The notes under the pieces are model-generated. The model saw only the letters and a list, made by a program, of their open reading frames with translations. It was not told where the DNA came from and did no database searches. The position numbers and the translations under genes are program-made. Positions 1 through 9,452 of a DNA stretch of 64,000 nt are shown one piece after another; positions within the stretch are counted from its first letter, which is position 1, and every line of letters starts with the position of its first letter. The stretch is from the IMG/VR virus record IMGVR_UViG_3300031951_000001, positions 1 through 64,000 of that record; one strand, 5' to 3'.

Positions 1-1032
1 GAGGAGAGAAGCTTCAATAAGGAGTGGGATATCGATAATCCTGATATTACTGAACTAGGTGAAAAGGCAAATGCTCTATATGATATGTTGGTTAAAGATA
101 GAGAAATCGAAGAACCTGATGAAGAACAACTTGATGAATTAAAGAATCTTGAAAATGAAATCAGGAGAGTTACTAATGAGATGGAACAGAGTGAGGACGA
201 AGAAAGGGCTAAACAGTTATACAACACTTTATCTGAATTACAAGACAGAGTCGAAGAATTAAGAGGTGAAATGGTAACAGTATATAACCTAATACCACTA
301 TACTACGATTATCATGGACTCCAACAATTTGAAGTTATTAGTAGTGACGCGGAAGGTAGAGAATATGCGGTTGGTGATGAAGATGAAATGGATGATGCGG
401 CATTTGAATACGCTAAAAATTATATTGATGAGGTTGGGGTTGAAGGTTTTAGAATGCATTTTTTAGAAAATTATTTGGACACTGACTCCATTGAAGATTA
501 TTTCAGAGATGTTTTTTACGATGATGTAAGACAGAATCCTGAAGTATATTTTGATGAAAGTGAAATGCCGACCACCGAAGAACAGGATAGACGTAGAGAA
601 GAACTGGAAGAATATATTGAAAATGTTAAAGGTGTCATTGAAAAGTTAAAAAGAAAACAAGATGACCTTAACAATACGATTGAAGACTTTGATGAATATA
701 AAAAACAATGGGATGAAATTGAAGAAAAGATAAGGATAATTCAAGGACATATTGATGACTCACAAGAAGAAATTGATAATATGGTTCCTGAAGGTGAAGT
801 TACAACTCAAATGGTGGAAGACAAAGTTGAATATTTGGTCTCTGAAAAAATGGCAGACCCAAGGGCGTCATTGGACGAATTTGGTATGAGTATAGAAGAT
901 TATATCGATAAGGATGCTTTAGCTCGAGGTTTAGTAGAAAGTGATGGATATGCTATTATGGGTTCATATGACGGTGCTGTTGATACGGAAAAAGTTAATG
1001 GTACGCATTACTATATCATGAGAATTAATTAA
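1..1032 (+). CDS. Acidic coiled-coil hypothetical protein, 5'-partial
   Basis: Frame of ORF 85..1032 is open back to base 1; very D/E-rich with heptad-like segments. Confidence 0.7.
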   Translation, partial: EERSFNKEWDIDNPDITELGEKANALYDMLVKDREIEEPDEEQLDELKNLENEIRRVTNEMEQSEDEERAKQLYNTLSELQDRVEELRGEMVTVYNLIPLYYDYHGLQQFEVISSDAEGREYAVGDEDEMDDAAFEYAKNYIDEVGVEGFRMHFLENYLDTDSIEDYFRDVFYDDVRQNPEVYFDESEMPTTEEQDRRREELEEYIENVKGVIEKLKRKQDDLNNTIEDFDEYKKQWDEIEEKIRIIQGHIDDSQEEIDNMVPEGEVTTQMVEDKVEYLVSEKMADPRASLDEFGMSIEDYIDKDALARGLVESDGYAIMGSYDGAVDTEKVNGTHYYIMRIN

Positions 1033-1055
1033 ATCTTTTTTTTATCATTTTTATT

Positions 1056-1859
1056 TTGTATATTTTCTGTAGTATGAATAAGACCCAGAAAATAAAGTTT
1101 GCCATGGACCCCGAATGGATTATTACGGGGTCAATCGATGCTGAACAAAAAGAATACAAGTTGATGGCTTATTTTCAGAAAATGAATGTTTTCTTGGAAG
1201 AAATTAAGTTATACCCAATGTTCATTGAGGTTTCCGTTCATTTGGGTAACATCCAAACAATCATCAATCAAAATAGAATTTTAAAAACCAAAAAAAAGTT
1301 TTTATCTCACGATGACGAACTGGTGGTTACTGATTTAGTTGTACATGACTTACCGGTAATGTCAGATGAAGAACAGGTAGAATTCAAAAAAATATTAAAA
1401 AATGTCCAACCAAAGTTATTTGATTACTTCAATATGGTTAAAGCTATATGGACTTTAGTATATGATTCTTTGACTGTTAATATCAAAAGAAATAGAAACA
1501 ATCTTAAATCTAAATCAGGGTTTTTTTATTACAGAGATGAGGGTATGACTTATGTTTGGAGATATGATATTCGGAGAGTTAGGAATTCTTTTAATCTAAC
1601 AAAGACACATGTTAAAATGATGTATAATGGTGATGGAGAGGATTTGACTATAACACAATTAATCTCTAAATTTTCTAAAACCTATAAAACCAAGAAAGAA
1701 AAAAGTTTTCCGGTGTTTGAAATTTTATCCACACAAAAATTTCCAATTGCTGAAACTTTGGTTCCGATTGCTAAAAGAAAGATAGTATCTTTGATTAATC
1801 AAAGTGCGAAGATTGAAAGGTTAGAGAGAGAAAAAAAACTAATAACAAATGGGGTTTAA
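1056..1859 (+). CDS. Hypothetical protein
   Basis: 267-aa ORF in a run of tightly coupled genes; no recognised motif. Confidence 0.7.
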   Translation: MYIFCSMNKTQKIKFAMDPEWIITGSIDAEQKEYKLMAYFQKMNVFLEEIKLYPMFIEVSVHLGNIQTIINQNRILKTKKKFLSHDDELVVTDLVVHDLPVMSDEEQVEFKKILKNVQPKLFDYFNMVKAIWTLVYDSLTVNIKRNRNNLKSKSGFFYYRDEGMTYVWRYDIRRVRNSFNLTKTHVKMMYNGDGEDLTITQLISKFSKTYKTKKEKSFPVFEILSTQKFPIAETLVPIAKRKIVSLINQSAKIERLEREKKLITNGV

Positions 1860-2049
1860 TAAAAGATTCATATCGGAGGAAACGATTTCTAATACATTAA
1901 AAAATGGAGATTCGTTAAAAAGATTATTTTCCGCCGATGCGTTGTTATTTATGGATAATAAAGCTAGTGAAGTGTATCAACTTTATCAACAAGGATTAAG
2001 TGATACTAATATTAAACTTTTTATCGATGGAAAAAAACACAATAATTGA
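1849..2049 (+). CDS. Hypothetical protein
   Basis: 66-aa ORF overlapping both neighbours. Confidence 0.55.
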   Translation: MGFNKRFISEETISNTLKNGDSLKRLFSADALLFMDNKASEVYQLYQQGLSDTNIKLFIDGKKHNN

Positions 2050-2218
2050 AAAACTCCTGTCTAAATTAAGACAACCTGTGCATATTACTTACATATCTAA
2101 ACATTTGTTGAGAACATCAATGACTGAAACCGAAAGATTGATTAGTGAAATGATAGAGGAAGGATTGATTGAGGAGAGTAAGTATGGAAAGGGGTATTAC
2201 GTTGTAAAAAGTAAATAA
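2027..2218 (+). CDS. Small winged-helix-like protein
   Basis: Pattern ISKHL..SMTETERLISEMIEEGLIEE..GKGYYVV; start moved to ATG 2027. Confidence 0.5.
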   Translation: MEKNTIIEKLLSKLRQPVHITYISKHLLRTSMTETERLISEMIEEGLIEESKYGKGYYVVKSK

Positions 2219-2220
2219 TT

Positions 2221-2445
2221 ATGTCAAAAGAAATGGTTAATCATCCTGACCACTATGGTGGGGAGGAAAATGCGTATGAGGTTGTAAAGGTTGCGGAAGC
2301 ATGGGGACTTGACCATGACGCATATCTATTCAATGTGGTTAAATATGTGGCTCGTGCCGGTAAAAAGGACCCAAGTAAAGAACTACAAGATTTAAAAAAG
2401 GCTTTATGGTATTTGGACAGAAAAATTCAAAATTTAGAAAAATGA
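2221..2445 (+). CDS. DUF3310 family protein
   Basis: VNHPDHY...NVVKYVARAGKK...DLKKALWYL signature. Confidence 0.85.
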   Translation: MSKEMVNHPDHYGGEENAYEVVKVAEAWGLDHDAYLFNVVKYVARAGKKDPSKELQDLKKALWYLDRKIQNLEK

Positions 2446-3284
2446 TAGAAAATTATATAAATAAAGTAATCAACGGTGATTGTGTTGAAGTAATGAGAGA
2501 GATGCCCGATTCATTCGTTGACTTGATTGTCACCTCACCACCTTACGGAGTAAACATTAAATATGATGTCCACGATGATGATATGGAGATAAGTCAATAT
2601 TTGGATTTTACTCGTAACTGGATGGCCGAAGCCTACAAGGTATTAAAGGATGATGGTCGTATTGCTGTTAATATTCCATATGAAATTAATCGTCAAGAAA
2701 AGGGTGGAAGAATCTTTTTGGTGTCTGAAGTTTATCAGGTGATGAAAGAAATTGGATTTAAGTTTTTCGGTATTGTAGATTTGGAAGAAGATAGTCCACA
2801 CCGCAGTAAGACAACCGCTTGGGGAAGTTGGATGAGTCCATCAAGTCCTTATATCTATAACCCAAAGGAGTGTGTAATTCTTGCTTATAAGAAACATCAT
2901 ATTAAGAAAGTGAAGGGAGAGCCACAATGGAAAGGAGAACCAATTCAAACCGAGGAAGGTAAAACTAAAATGTTGTATACTGAACAGGATAAGAAAGAAT
3001 TTATGGAATTGGTGTTCGGTCAATGGAAGTACCTCAACGATAGTAGACCAATGACAAAGGCGACATTTTCAATGGATATCCCAACAAAGGCAATTAAGAT
3101 ATTGAGTTATAAAAATGACGTTATTCTTGACCCATTCAACGGGAGCGGTACAAGTTGTGTGGCGGCAGAAACTTTAGATAGAAGATGGATAGGAATTGAG
3201 TTAAGTCATAATTATGCTGAAATATCTCGAGAACGAATACAATCGTTTATCAATCTAAAAAAACAACAAGAAATAGAATTTTAA
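2442..3284 (+). CDS. DNA N4-cytosine/N6-adenine methyltransferase, beta class
   Basis: Motif IV TSPPY near the N-terminus, motif I ILDPFNGSGT near the C-terminus; ATG 2442 overlaps the upstream stop. Confidence 0.9.
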   Translation: MIENYINKVINGDCVEVMREMPDSFVDLIVTSPPYGVNIKYDVHDDDMEISQYLDFTRNWMAEAYKVLKDDGRIAVNIPYEINRQEKGGRIFLVSEVYQVMKEIGFKFFGIVDLEEDSPHRSKTTAWGSWMSPSSPYIYNPKECVILAYKKHHIKKVKGEPQWKGEPIQTEEGKTKMLYTEQDKKEFMELVFGQWKYLNDSRPMTKATFSMDIPTKAIKILSYKNDVILDPFNGSGTSCVAAETLDRRWIGIELSHNYAEISRERIQSFINLKKQQEIEF

Positions 3285-3288
3285 TATT

Positions 3289-3317
3289 GGGGTCACATTT
3301 TGTGACCTCTTTTTTTT
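3289..3317 (+). terminator. Intrinsic terminator
   Basis: GGGGTCACA-TTT-TGTGACCTC hairpin followed by a T-run. Confidence 0.75.
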
Positions 3318-3344
3318 GTTTAGATATTTATAATAAAAAATCCT

Positions 3345-4469
3345 ATGTCGAAAACACTTAACGAATCAGAGTTACAGGAAAAAATGGTTCAAATCTACAA
3401 AGAAGAACAAAAAAAAGTTATTGAAGAAAAATGGCAAAAATTGTCAAATAAAGATAAAAAAATGGTATTGGAGATGTTAAAAATCCAATATCCTGAAAAA
3501 TCAATTTTAATTAGCGAATCAAAGTGGTACAATACTTTGGGGGATATTGTTGGCATATTTGACCCAACTGGTGTGGTTGATTTAATTAACGGTATTAGTT
3601 ATTGGAGACAAGGTGATAAGTTATTTGCCGTTTTGTCATGGATTTCCGTATTACCTTATGTAGGTGACTTAATTGCTAAACCAGTTATTGGTTTGTTTAA
3701 GATGGGAGGGGCTTCAGCGAAAGCATTCAAAGCCGCATCATTGGCCGGTGATGCCACTAAGATGGCTCAAATTGCTAAAAAAGGAGGACCGTTAGCAGGT
3801 CTTCTTACTAAAGTTAATACTTGGGCACCAAAAGTACTTGAACCTTTGGCAAAAGGAGTTAAAAAGATACCAGGTGTAGGACCGGGTTTTGTTAAAGGTG
3901 TTGAGGATTATATCAAATTATTTAAAGATGCTAATAATACTATGTCAGCAGGTGCAAAAACTGCGACAAGGCTTACTGCAAAATCAAGTAAGTTGGCGAA
4001 ACAAGGTTCAAAATTAAGTGCTGCTGAGGCAAAACAATTAAAAGCCGCATTGGATTCGGCGACGACATATAGAGGGTTTAGAGACTTCAAAGGGGGACAA
4101 AGTTGGTTAAAATACATGAAGTCAGACGCTACTTTATCATCTAAAATATCTGCCGGAGTTCCTAGATTGTGGGGAAATCCAGCAACAAGAGCTTTGATGA
4201 GAAAAACCAAATGGTATTTGGGATTGTTAGATTTTTTAGGTGTTGCTAATTTTGTTGGTCCTGATGAACTTGAAAATAAAATTGAAGATTTGGATTCTAA
4301 AATGGCCGAATACAATAATACGCCAGAGGCTCAACAAAATTGGAATGAAGATATCCAAACTACAGAACAACCGTCTCCCGAATATTCTCAGGAAGTTTCG
4401 GCGCCTGAACCACCAAAAGAAACAAATAATAAAAGTGGCGATGATATCTTTGGATTTTTATTTACATGA
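3345..4469 (+). CDS. Leader-bearing protein with pre-toxin-like helical hairpin and A/K-rich region
   Basis: TATTTAT upstream; TLNE and LISE sites; DIVGIFDPTGVVDLINGISYWRQGD..AVLSWISVLPYVGD motif. Confidence 0.55.
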   Translation: MSKTLNESELQEKMVQIYKEEQKKVIEEKWQKLSNKDKKMVLEMLKIQYPEKSILISESKWYNTLGDIVGIFDPTGVVDLINGISYWRQGDKLFAVLSWISVLPYVGDLIAKPVIGLFKMGGASAKAFKAASLAGDATKMAQIAKKGGPLAGLLTKVNTWAPKVLEPLAKGVKKIPGVGPGFVKGVEDYIKLFKDANNTMSAGAKTATRLTAKSSKLAKQGSKLSAAEAKQLKAALDSATTYRGFRDFKGGQSWLKYMKSDATLSSKISAGVPRLWGNPATRALMRKTKWYLGLLDFLGVANFVGPDELENKIEDLDSKMAEYNNTPEAQQNWNEDIQTTEQPSPEYSQEVSAPEPPKETNNKSGDDIFGFLFT

Positions 4470-5872
4470 AAAAATTAATTAACGAAAGTGGTATTAGGGA
4501 TATTAATAAATTAGCCCAAAGGTACCCAAAAGCAGAAATATACTTTCACCAAGATTTGGATGGTGTAACAACGGCAATCGCCATGAAGAACTATTTGGAA
4601 CAACATGGTATTAAGGTTGTTGATGCTCACGTAATACAATATGGTGATAAAGAATTCTCCGTTAAGAAGAACGACGCTCAAGGAGATACGATGCCTGTAT
4701 TGGTAGATTTCGCACACGGAAAACCAATGTTCGTTATTCATACAGACCACCACGATAGACAAGCGGGCGCCGAAGATACGAAATCAACATCGTTTAGACA
4801 GTCAAGGTCAAACGTTGAAACCATATCACAAATAGTTTCACCAAAAGAAGTATTCCCCAGTGAAGACATACTTCTGATTTCAACTGTGGATTCGGCAAAT
4901 TTCGCATCTCAAAATATCTCAATTGATGATGTGATTAATTATGTTTTTCGTTTAGATAAAGATAATTCCTTAAAACGGAATAAAATGATGTTAGGACTTG
5001 TTACTAACAAATTGTTATTAGCATTCAAAAACAAACCAGGGTTTCTTGAGGAATTGGTTATGGTGTGTAAACCATCTATAATGAGTATTCTTCAAAACAT
5101 TAAAAGAATAATGGTTGAGAAGGGATATGCTAAAATACCTGAATTGGAGAAGAACAAAGAGATGTATTTTCAACAGATGAAAGACTCACCAAATGTTAAA
5201 ATCGACGGAAACATAATTGTACAATATGGTGGTGATAGTATGGTGAAACCAGGTTCTTATGATAGATACACACCTTTTAAAAATAATCCTGATAAGGATT
5301 TCTTAGTTATTGCTTGGCCAATGGGATTAGTACAAGCATCATGTAATCCTTTTAAGAAAGAAAGGGCGTTAAAAGGAATCGATTTAGGAAAAATCAAAGA
5401 TGAGGTATTATCTAAATGGGAAAGCCAACTCAAGGAGAGAGAAATACCAATCTCAACAATTAAATGGATTTCTGAAAATACGAAAGGATTTGGTCCTGAG
5501 TCGGTAGGTTTTACATTTAAGGATTTTGTGGCATTGTATGGTAAGAATTATAAGACCAAAGAAAACGGTAGAGAAGAATTGGTCCACATTGGTGAGATGA
5601 TGGAAGTACCTTTTAGTGAATTACCTGAAGAACATAGAGAGATGTTAGATAAGGTAACTGTAAACGCTTGGGATTTAATTGACGCGAGTTCAGGGGGTCA
5701 TAAATGTATAACTAACATATCAGGTCTTAATTATTTGGGTAGAAGTAATAGACCACCAAAAGGTAAGTACAAGTATGACCCTGATAAGGATGATAGTCCA
5801 TATGTTAAATTTACAAAAATGATACAGAATGAGTTTGTTAGACTGTTAAAAGAAAAGATAACAAATTCTTAA
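4466..5872 (+). CDS. DHH-family phosphoesterase
   Basis: HQDLDG, LVDF and TDHHD motifs; C-terminal SGGH as in DHHA1. Confidence 0.75.
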   Translation: MKKLINESGIRDINKLAQRYPKAEIYFHQDLDGVTTAIAMKNYLEQHGIKVVDAHVIQYGDKEFSVKKNDAQGDTMPVLVDFAHGKPMFVIHTDHHDRQAGAEDTKSTSFRQSRSNVETISQIVSPKEVFPSEDILLISTVDSANFASQNISIDDVINYVFRLDKDNSLKRNKMMLGLVTNKLLLAFKNKPGFLEELVMVCKPSIMSILQNIKRIMVEKGYAKIPELEKNKEMYFQQMKDSPNVKIDGNIIVQYGGDSMVKPGSYDRYTPFKNNPDKDFLVIAWPMGLVQASCNPFKKERALKGIDLGKIKDEVLSKWESQLKEREIPISTIKWISENTKGFGPESVGFTFKDFVALYGKNYKTKENGREELVHIGEMMEVPFSELPEEHREMLDKVTVNAWDLIDASSGGHKCITNISGLNYLGRSNRPPKGKYKYDPDKDDSPYVKFTKMIQNEFVRLLKEKITNS

Positions 5873-6210
5873 AACTCAACGAAGTCACCTTCAGATATAT
5901 TCATCCTTTTACAACTACCGCCCCTCAATTCTAAAATAGTATCGCCCTCGCTACAGTAGTTTTTACAGTCATCACCTTTACATGGGGGACAACTGTGAAA
6001 TATTTTTGTGATTTGGTTATCTTTAATGAATACTATATCTAAATCGATTACACAGTTTTTCATCCAAAAACAATTTTCAGAATTATCCATTAAAAATAAC
6101 ATTCCGTTAAAATCAGGACCGAATTTTCTACCCATCATTCCCTTTTGAGTGTGTTCAGGAGTGAAAACAGTTTTGACTTTGAATTTTCGATTATTTATAC
6201 TTATAATCAT
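5869..6210 (-). CDS. DUF192 family protein
   Basis: QKGMMGR..GMLF..FWMKNCVIDLDIVFI..ILELRGG; start set at ATG 6210. Confidence 0.85.
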   Translation of the reverse strand: MIISINNRKFKVKTVFTPEHTQKGMMGRKFGPDFNGMLFLMDNSENCFWMKNCVIDLDIVFIKDNQITKIFHSCPPCKGDDCKNYCSEGDTILELRGGSCKRMNISEGDFVEF

Positions 6211-6234
6211 AAACATAAATATAACGAAAACTGA

Positions 6235-6660
6235 ATGGAGAACATAAAAAGGTACGCTGGGATAATTGTTAAGCACAAAGATGAAGTTTTATTGTGTAAA
6301 AGAAACGCTGATAATGATTTACCTGGTGTTTGGTCCATACCTGCCGGAAGATTAGAAGATGATGAAAACCCTACTTTGGGGGCTAAAAGAGAATTTCATG
6401 AAGAGACAAATGTTAAAGTAAAAGATAAGATTGAGCTTTGTGGGTTTATTAATAGAACAACTCGTGACGGTAAAAAAGTAAAAGGGTTGATGTATGTGTT
6501 TTTATGGGAGGTAAATAAGAAAGTAAAACCTGATTTGGAAAACGCTATTGACGGAGACGAACATACTGAATGTGGGTATTTTGGTATAGATAATTTACCC
6601 GAACACGATGAAAATGATAAATTGATGTCGTTAATCAAAAATATTTTGAAAAAATCGTGA
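6235..6660 (+). CDS. NUDIX hydrolase
   Basis: Nudix box GRLEDDENPTLGAKREFHEETN. Confidence 0.9.
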   Translation: MENIKRYAGIIVKHKDEVLLCKRNADNDLPGVWSIPAGRLEDDENPTLGAKREFHEETNVKVKDKIELCGFINRTTRDGKKVKGLMYVFLWEVNKKVKPDLENAIDGDEHTECGYFGIDNLPEHDENDKLMSLIKNILKKS

Positions 6661-6732
6661 ATTTTTCAAAATTACAATATATTTATCTTTCACAAACGCC
6701 CAACAACCCTTTCTTTATAGTTGGTAATATTG

Positions 6733-6780
6733 AACCCTAACATTTTTTTGAAAGAAAAACTGTTAGGGTTTTTCTTTTTT
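6733..6780 (+). terminator. Terminator-like hairpin upstream of smpB
   Basis: AACCCTAACA/TGTTAGGGTT 10-bp stem followed by a T-run. Confidence 0.7.
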
Positions 6781-6783
6781 GAT

Positions 6784-6791
6784 TATCTTTG
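6784..6791 (+). promoter_or_regulatory. Bacteroidota-type -7 promoter element TATCTTTG
   Basis: Matches TAnnTTTG, 8 nt before ATG 6799; same element precedes ATGs 7249, 13623(-), 15220, 22063(-), 24275(-), 47058(-) and 56389. Confidence 0.75.
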
Positions 6792-6798
6792 TCACATT

Positions 6799-7215
6799 AT
6801 GAAAAATTTCGAAGTAAAATTACAGAAAGTTAAGTTTGAATATGACTTCATCGAGACCTATGATGCGGGAATAGTACTTAAAGGAATTGAGGTGAAGGAA
6901 ATAAAGAAAAGGCATTTTTCGTTTATTGATGGATATTGTTATTTCAAAGACGGAGAACTTTTTGTTAAAAATGTCATAATAAATAACGCCGAAGAACCTA
7001 ACAGAGACAAAAAACTTTTGTTAAAAAAACATGAATTAACAAAATTGGAAAAAGAATTAACAAAAGGTTTGACAATGGTACCTTTCAGTTTCTTTACTAA
7101 TGATAGAGGTAGTATTAAATGTACGATAGTTTTGGGACGTAGAAACAAAAGTTACGAAAAGAAACAAAAACTAAAAGAAAAAGATTTAGAAAGAGAAAAA
7201 AAGTTGGAGGATTAA
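6799..7215 (+). CDS. smpB: SsrA-binding protein SmpB (divergent)
   Basis: YDAGIVLKGIEVK..GYCYFKDGELFV..RDKKLLLKKHEL..GLTMVP..KSYEKKQKLKEKD; true start ATG 6799. Confidence 0.85.
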   Translation: MKNFEVKLQKVKFEYDFIETYDAGIVLKGIEVKEIKKRHFSFIDGYCYFKDGELFVKNVIINNAEEPNRDKKLLLKKHELTKLEKELTKGLTMVPFSFFTNDRGSIKCTIVLGRRNKSYEKKQKLKEKDLEREKKLED

Positions 7216-7248
7216 GTTTTTTGACTATCTTTGTAAAAATTATCACTG

Positions 7249-7524
7249 ATGACAACAATAACCCACACCGTAAAAATTCAGAACGAAAAGTTTGGCACAA
7301 TCCTCAACGAGAATTTTGTTGACCCAATACAATTCAAGTTATTCTTAAAGATGATACAAGGTTGTATTGAGCTCAAGAATGATTTGTCATTCTTTAATGG
7401 AGTTGAGTTTTTGGTACATATTCCTCACAGAATTTTAGTTGATTCTATTATTACAACTTCAATTGAAACTCTTGGAGTGTCAGATATTGTAAAAAGTAAA
7501 ATTGAAGCACTCGTAACACGATGA
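7249..7524 (+). CDS. Hypothetical protein
   Basis: ORF preceded by a TATCTTTG element. Confidence 0.7.
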   Translation: MTTITHTVKIQNEKFGTILNENFVDPIQFKLFLKMIQGCIELKNDLSFFNGVEFLVHIPHRILVDSIITTSIETLGVSDIVKSKIEALVTR

Positions 7525-7793
7525 TATTAGATTCAAATACATTTGGATGGTTATTGGCAACGGGGATTGCTGTCTTCATCATAACTAAACATTGGAAACG
7601 TCTTATCAAACTTTTGATATTCGCAGGTGCTACTATGTTTGTATTGTTTGTTGTACAAATTAAAACAATGTATGATGCGGTTGTACTGGGTGAACCAAAA
7701 GAAAAACCAAAGGATGAAATAGAAATTAAGGCAGAATTGGATACTTTGAATAAAACTATCCACATTAAAGACGTACAGGTTAAACATAAATAA
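7521..7793 (+). CDS. Small membrane protein
   Basis: Two hydrophobic helices; coupled to upstream gene. Confidence 0.65.
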   Translation: MILDSNTFGWLLATGIAVFIITKHWKRLIKLLIFAGATMFVLFVVQIKTMYDAVVLGEPKEKPKDEIEIKAELDTLNKTIHIKDVQVKHK

Positions 7794-7896
7794 TGGTTTC
7801 TTGATTTGTCCTAAAATTAAGTGGTGGACCCAAAGGAACGGGCTCAAAAAAAGGAGAGAAATCTCCTTTTTTTTATATTTATAATAAAAGAACACA

Positions 7897-8202
7897 ATGA
7901 AAAATATCCTGATTACCCAAGAACAATTAAATAAGTTAGTTAATATCGTGAAGGAAAATCACGAAGGTGAAGATTCTATAACTAAAAAACAATTATTCAC
8001 AATTGCCACGTTGGCTTATAAAATGTGGGAATCGATGGATGATAATGAACAGTTGGAAGACTGGGAAGAAAGTAAGATTGCTCAATGTGAGCAGAGTATC
8101 ATTGCTGTGGTGAAGAATTATATGTATGATGAATTTGTTGATGACAATCAAACAACAGGGATGGATAAACTTAATTATGATGAGTTGGTGATAGGTAAAT
8201 GA
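7897..8202 (+). CDS. Leader-bearing hypothetical protein
   Basis: MKNILITQEQL leader, VKE site, TATTTAT upstream. Confidence 0.7.
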   Translation: MKNILITQEQLNKLVNIVKENHEGEDSITKKQLFTIATLAYKMWESMDDNEQLEDWEESKIAQCEQSIIAVVKNYMYDEFVDDNQTTGMDKLNYDELVIGK

Positions 8203-8209
8203 TAACCTT

Positions 8210-8906
8210 ATGGACACTAAAAGTTTGAAGTTGATAAAGATACAGTATGCGCTTGGAATAGAGGCGTTAGACAAACTATTGTATCAAAAGATGACGGAGG
8301 AAGAAAAGAAATGGACAAGAGAGTTGTCTGAAAAAGTGCCAAATGAAAGCATTATAGATGATTATGACGTTGTTCATGATATTCTACTGGTGGATGAAGA
8401 AAACAAAAAGAAAGTAGAAAAAATGCTTAATAGATTGGAGTTAATCTTTGATATCTATGATATTTCTGATGTATATTTCAAATATCCCGAATTAATCGGA
8501 AAAAAGTTATTTGAAGATATTGATAGTTTCGTTAAAAGTAATATTTTTTTAGATGATGTGTTAGACCATATCAATGAAGTTGGTCTTGATAACATCAATG
8601 AATTCGAAAAAAGATACTTGGCGATAACAGATGGAGATGATTCTAAAAATACACAGTAAAAACCCAATCGTTATACCTTTACCAAAAGGTGAAACAATAG
8701 AGGTTTTTTTGGATTATTACGAAAAAGATAACACTGACACAATCTTACCAACTTACCATAAATTCAAAGGGTTTTATTACGATAAACCATCTCTCGGTTA
8801 CCTCACAGACAAAATCATAAATTACTACGTTTATAAGTTTTTCAAGAGCCACGTAAGATTTTTCTCAATCGAAGGTGATGTTGCCCTGAAATTAGACAAA
8901 AGGTAA
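8210..8906 (+). CDS. Two hypothetical proteins (8210..8659, 8631..8906)
   Basis: Consecutive co-oriented ORFs. Confidence 0.6.
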
Positions 8907-8927
8907 TATTTATAGTAAAATATTCAA

Positions 8928-9383
8928 ATGAAAGACGAATCTAAATTAAAACAAGCCCTCCTCGAAGAAGTTAAGAAGAGAGGATTGTTAGAACAGGAAG
9001 AAAAACCATCAGGAGGAATGAAAGACATTATATCGGCGGCATTACACTCCAGAACTCAAGTACATATTTTTCATCTTCAAACGGACTCACAATCATCATT
9101 TGCTGAACATATGGCGTTAGGTGGATACTACGATGGTATAGGTGACTTGATTGACGGTTTAGTTGAAAGTTACCAAGGAAAACACGGAATTATCAAAGGA
9201 TATAGTATCGATAAGACACAAGATTATGAGAACGTAAAACAAGTTATATCTTATCTTGAGAAGGTTGATTCGATTATTGAGAAATCACGTAAATCAGTTA
9301 AAGAATCATACCTACAAAATCAAATAGATACCGTTCAGGAGTTAATCTATTCGACATTATACAAACTTAAGTTTTTGAAGTAA
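8928..9383 (+). CDS. Ferritin-like four-helix-bundle protein (DUF5856-like)
   Basis: HIFHLQT..SFAEHMALGGYYD..DGLVESYQG..QNQIDTVQELIYSTLYKL; N-terminal LLEE/LLEQ leader. Confidence 0.7.
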   Translation: MKDESKLKQALLEEVKKRGLLEQEEKPSGGMKDIISAALHSRTQVHIFHLQTDSQSSFAEHMALGGYYDGIGDLIDGLVESYQGKHGIIKGYSIDKTQDYENVKQVISYLEKVDSIIEKSRKSVKESYLQNQIDTVQELIYSTLYKLKFLK

Positions 9384-9452
9384 AACAATTATTCTTATCT
9401 TTGACCCTCACTTAACAGTGGGGGTTTATTTTTTAATGATATTTATAAACAA

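Noticed and set aside
7794-7875. Possible small RNA before the bidirectional terminator at 7846-7874
   Set aside because: Only a weak GACCC/GGGCTC pairing and no promoter; not enough support.
6660-7900. tmRNA next to smpB
   Set aside because: No tmRNA-type 5' end or T-arm/acceptor 3' end was found, and the gaps are too short.
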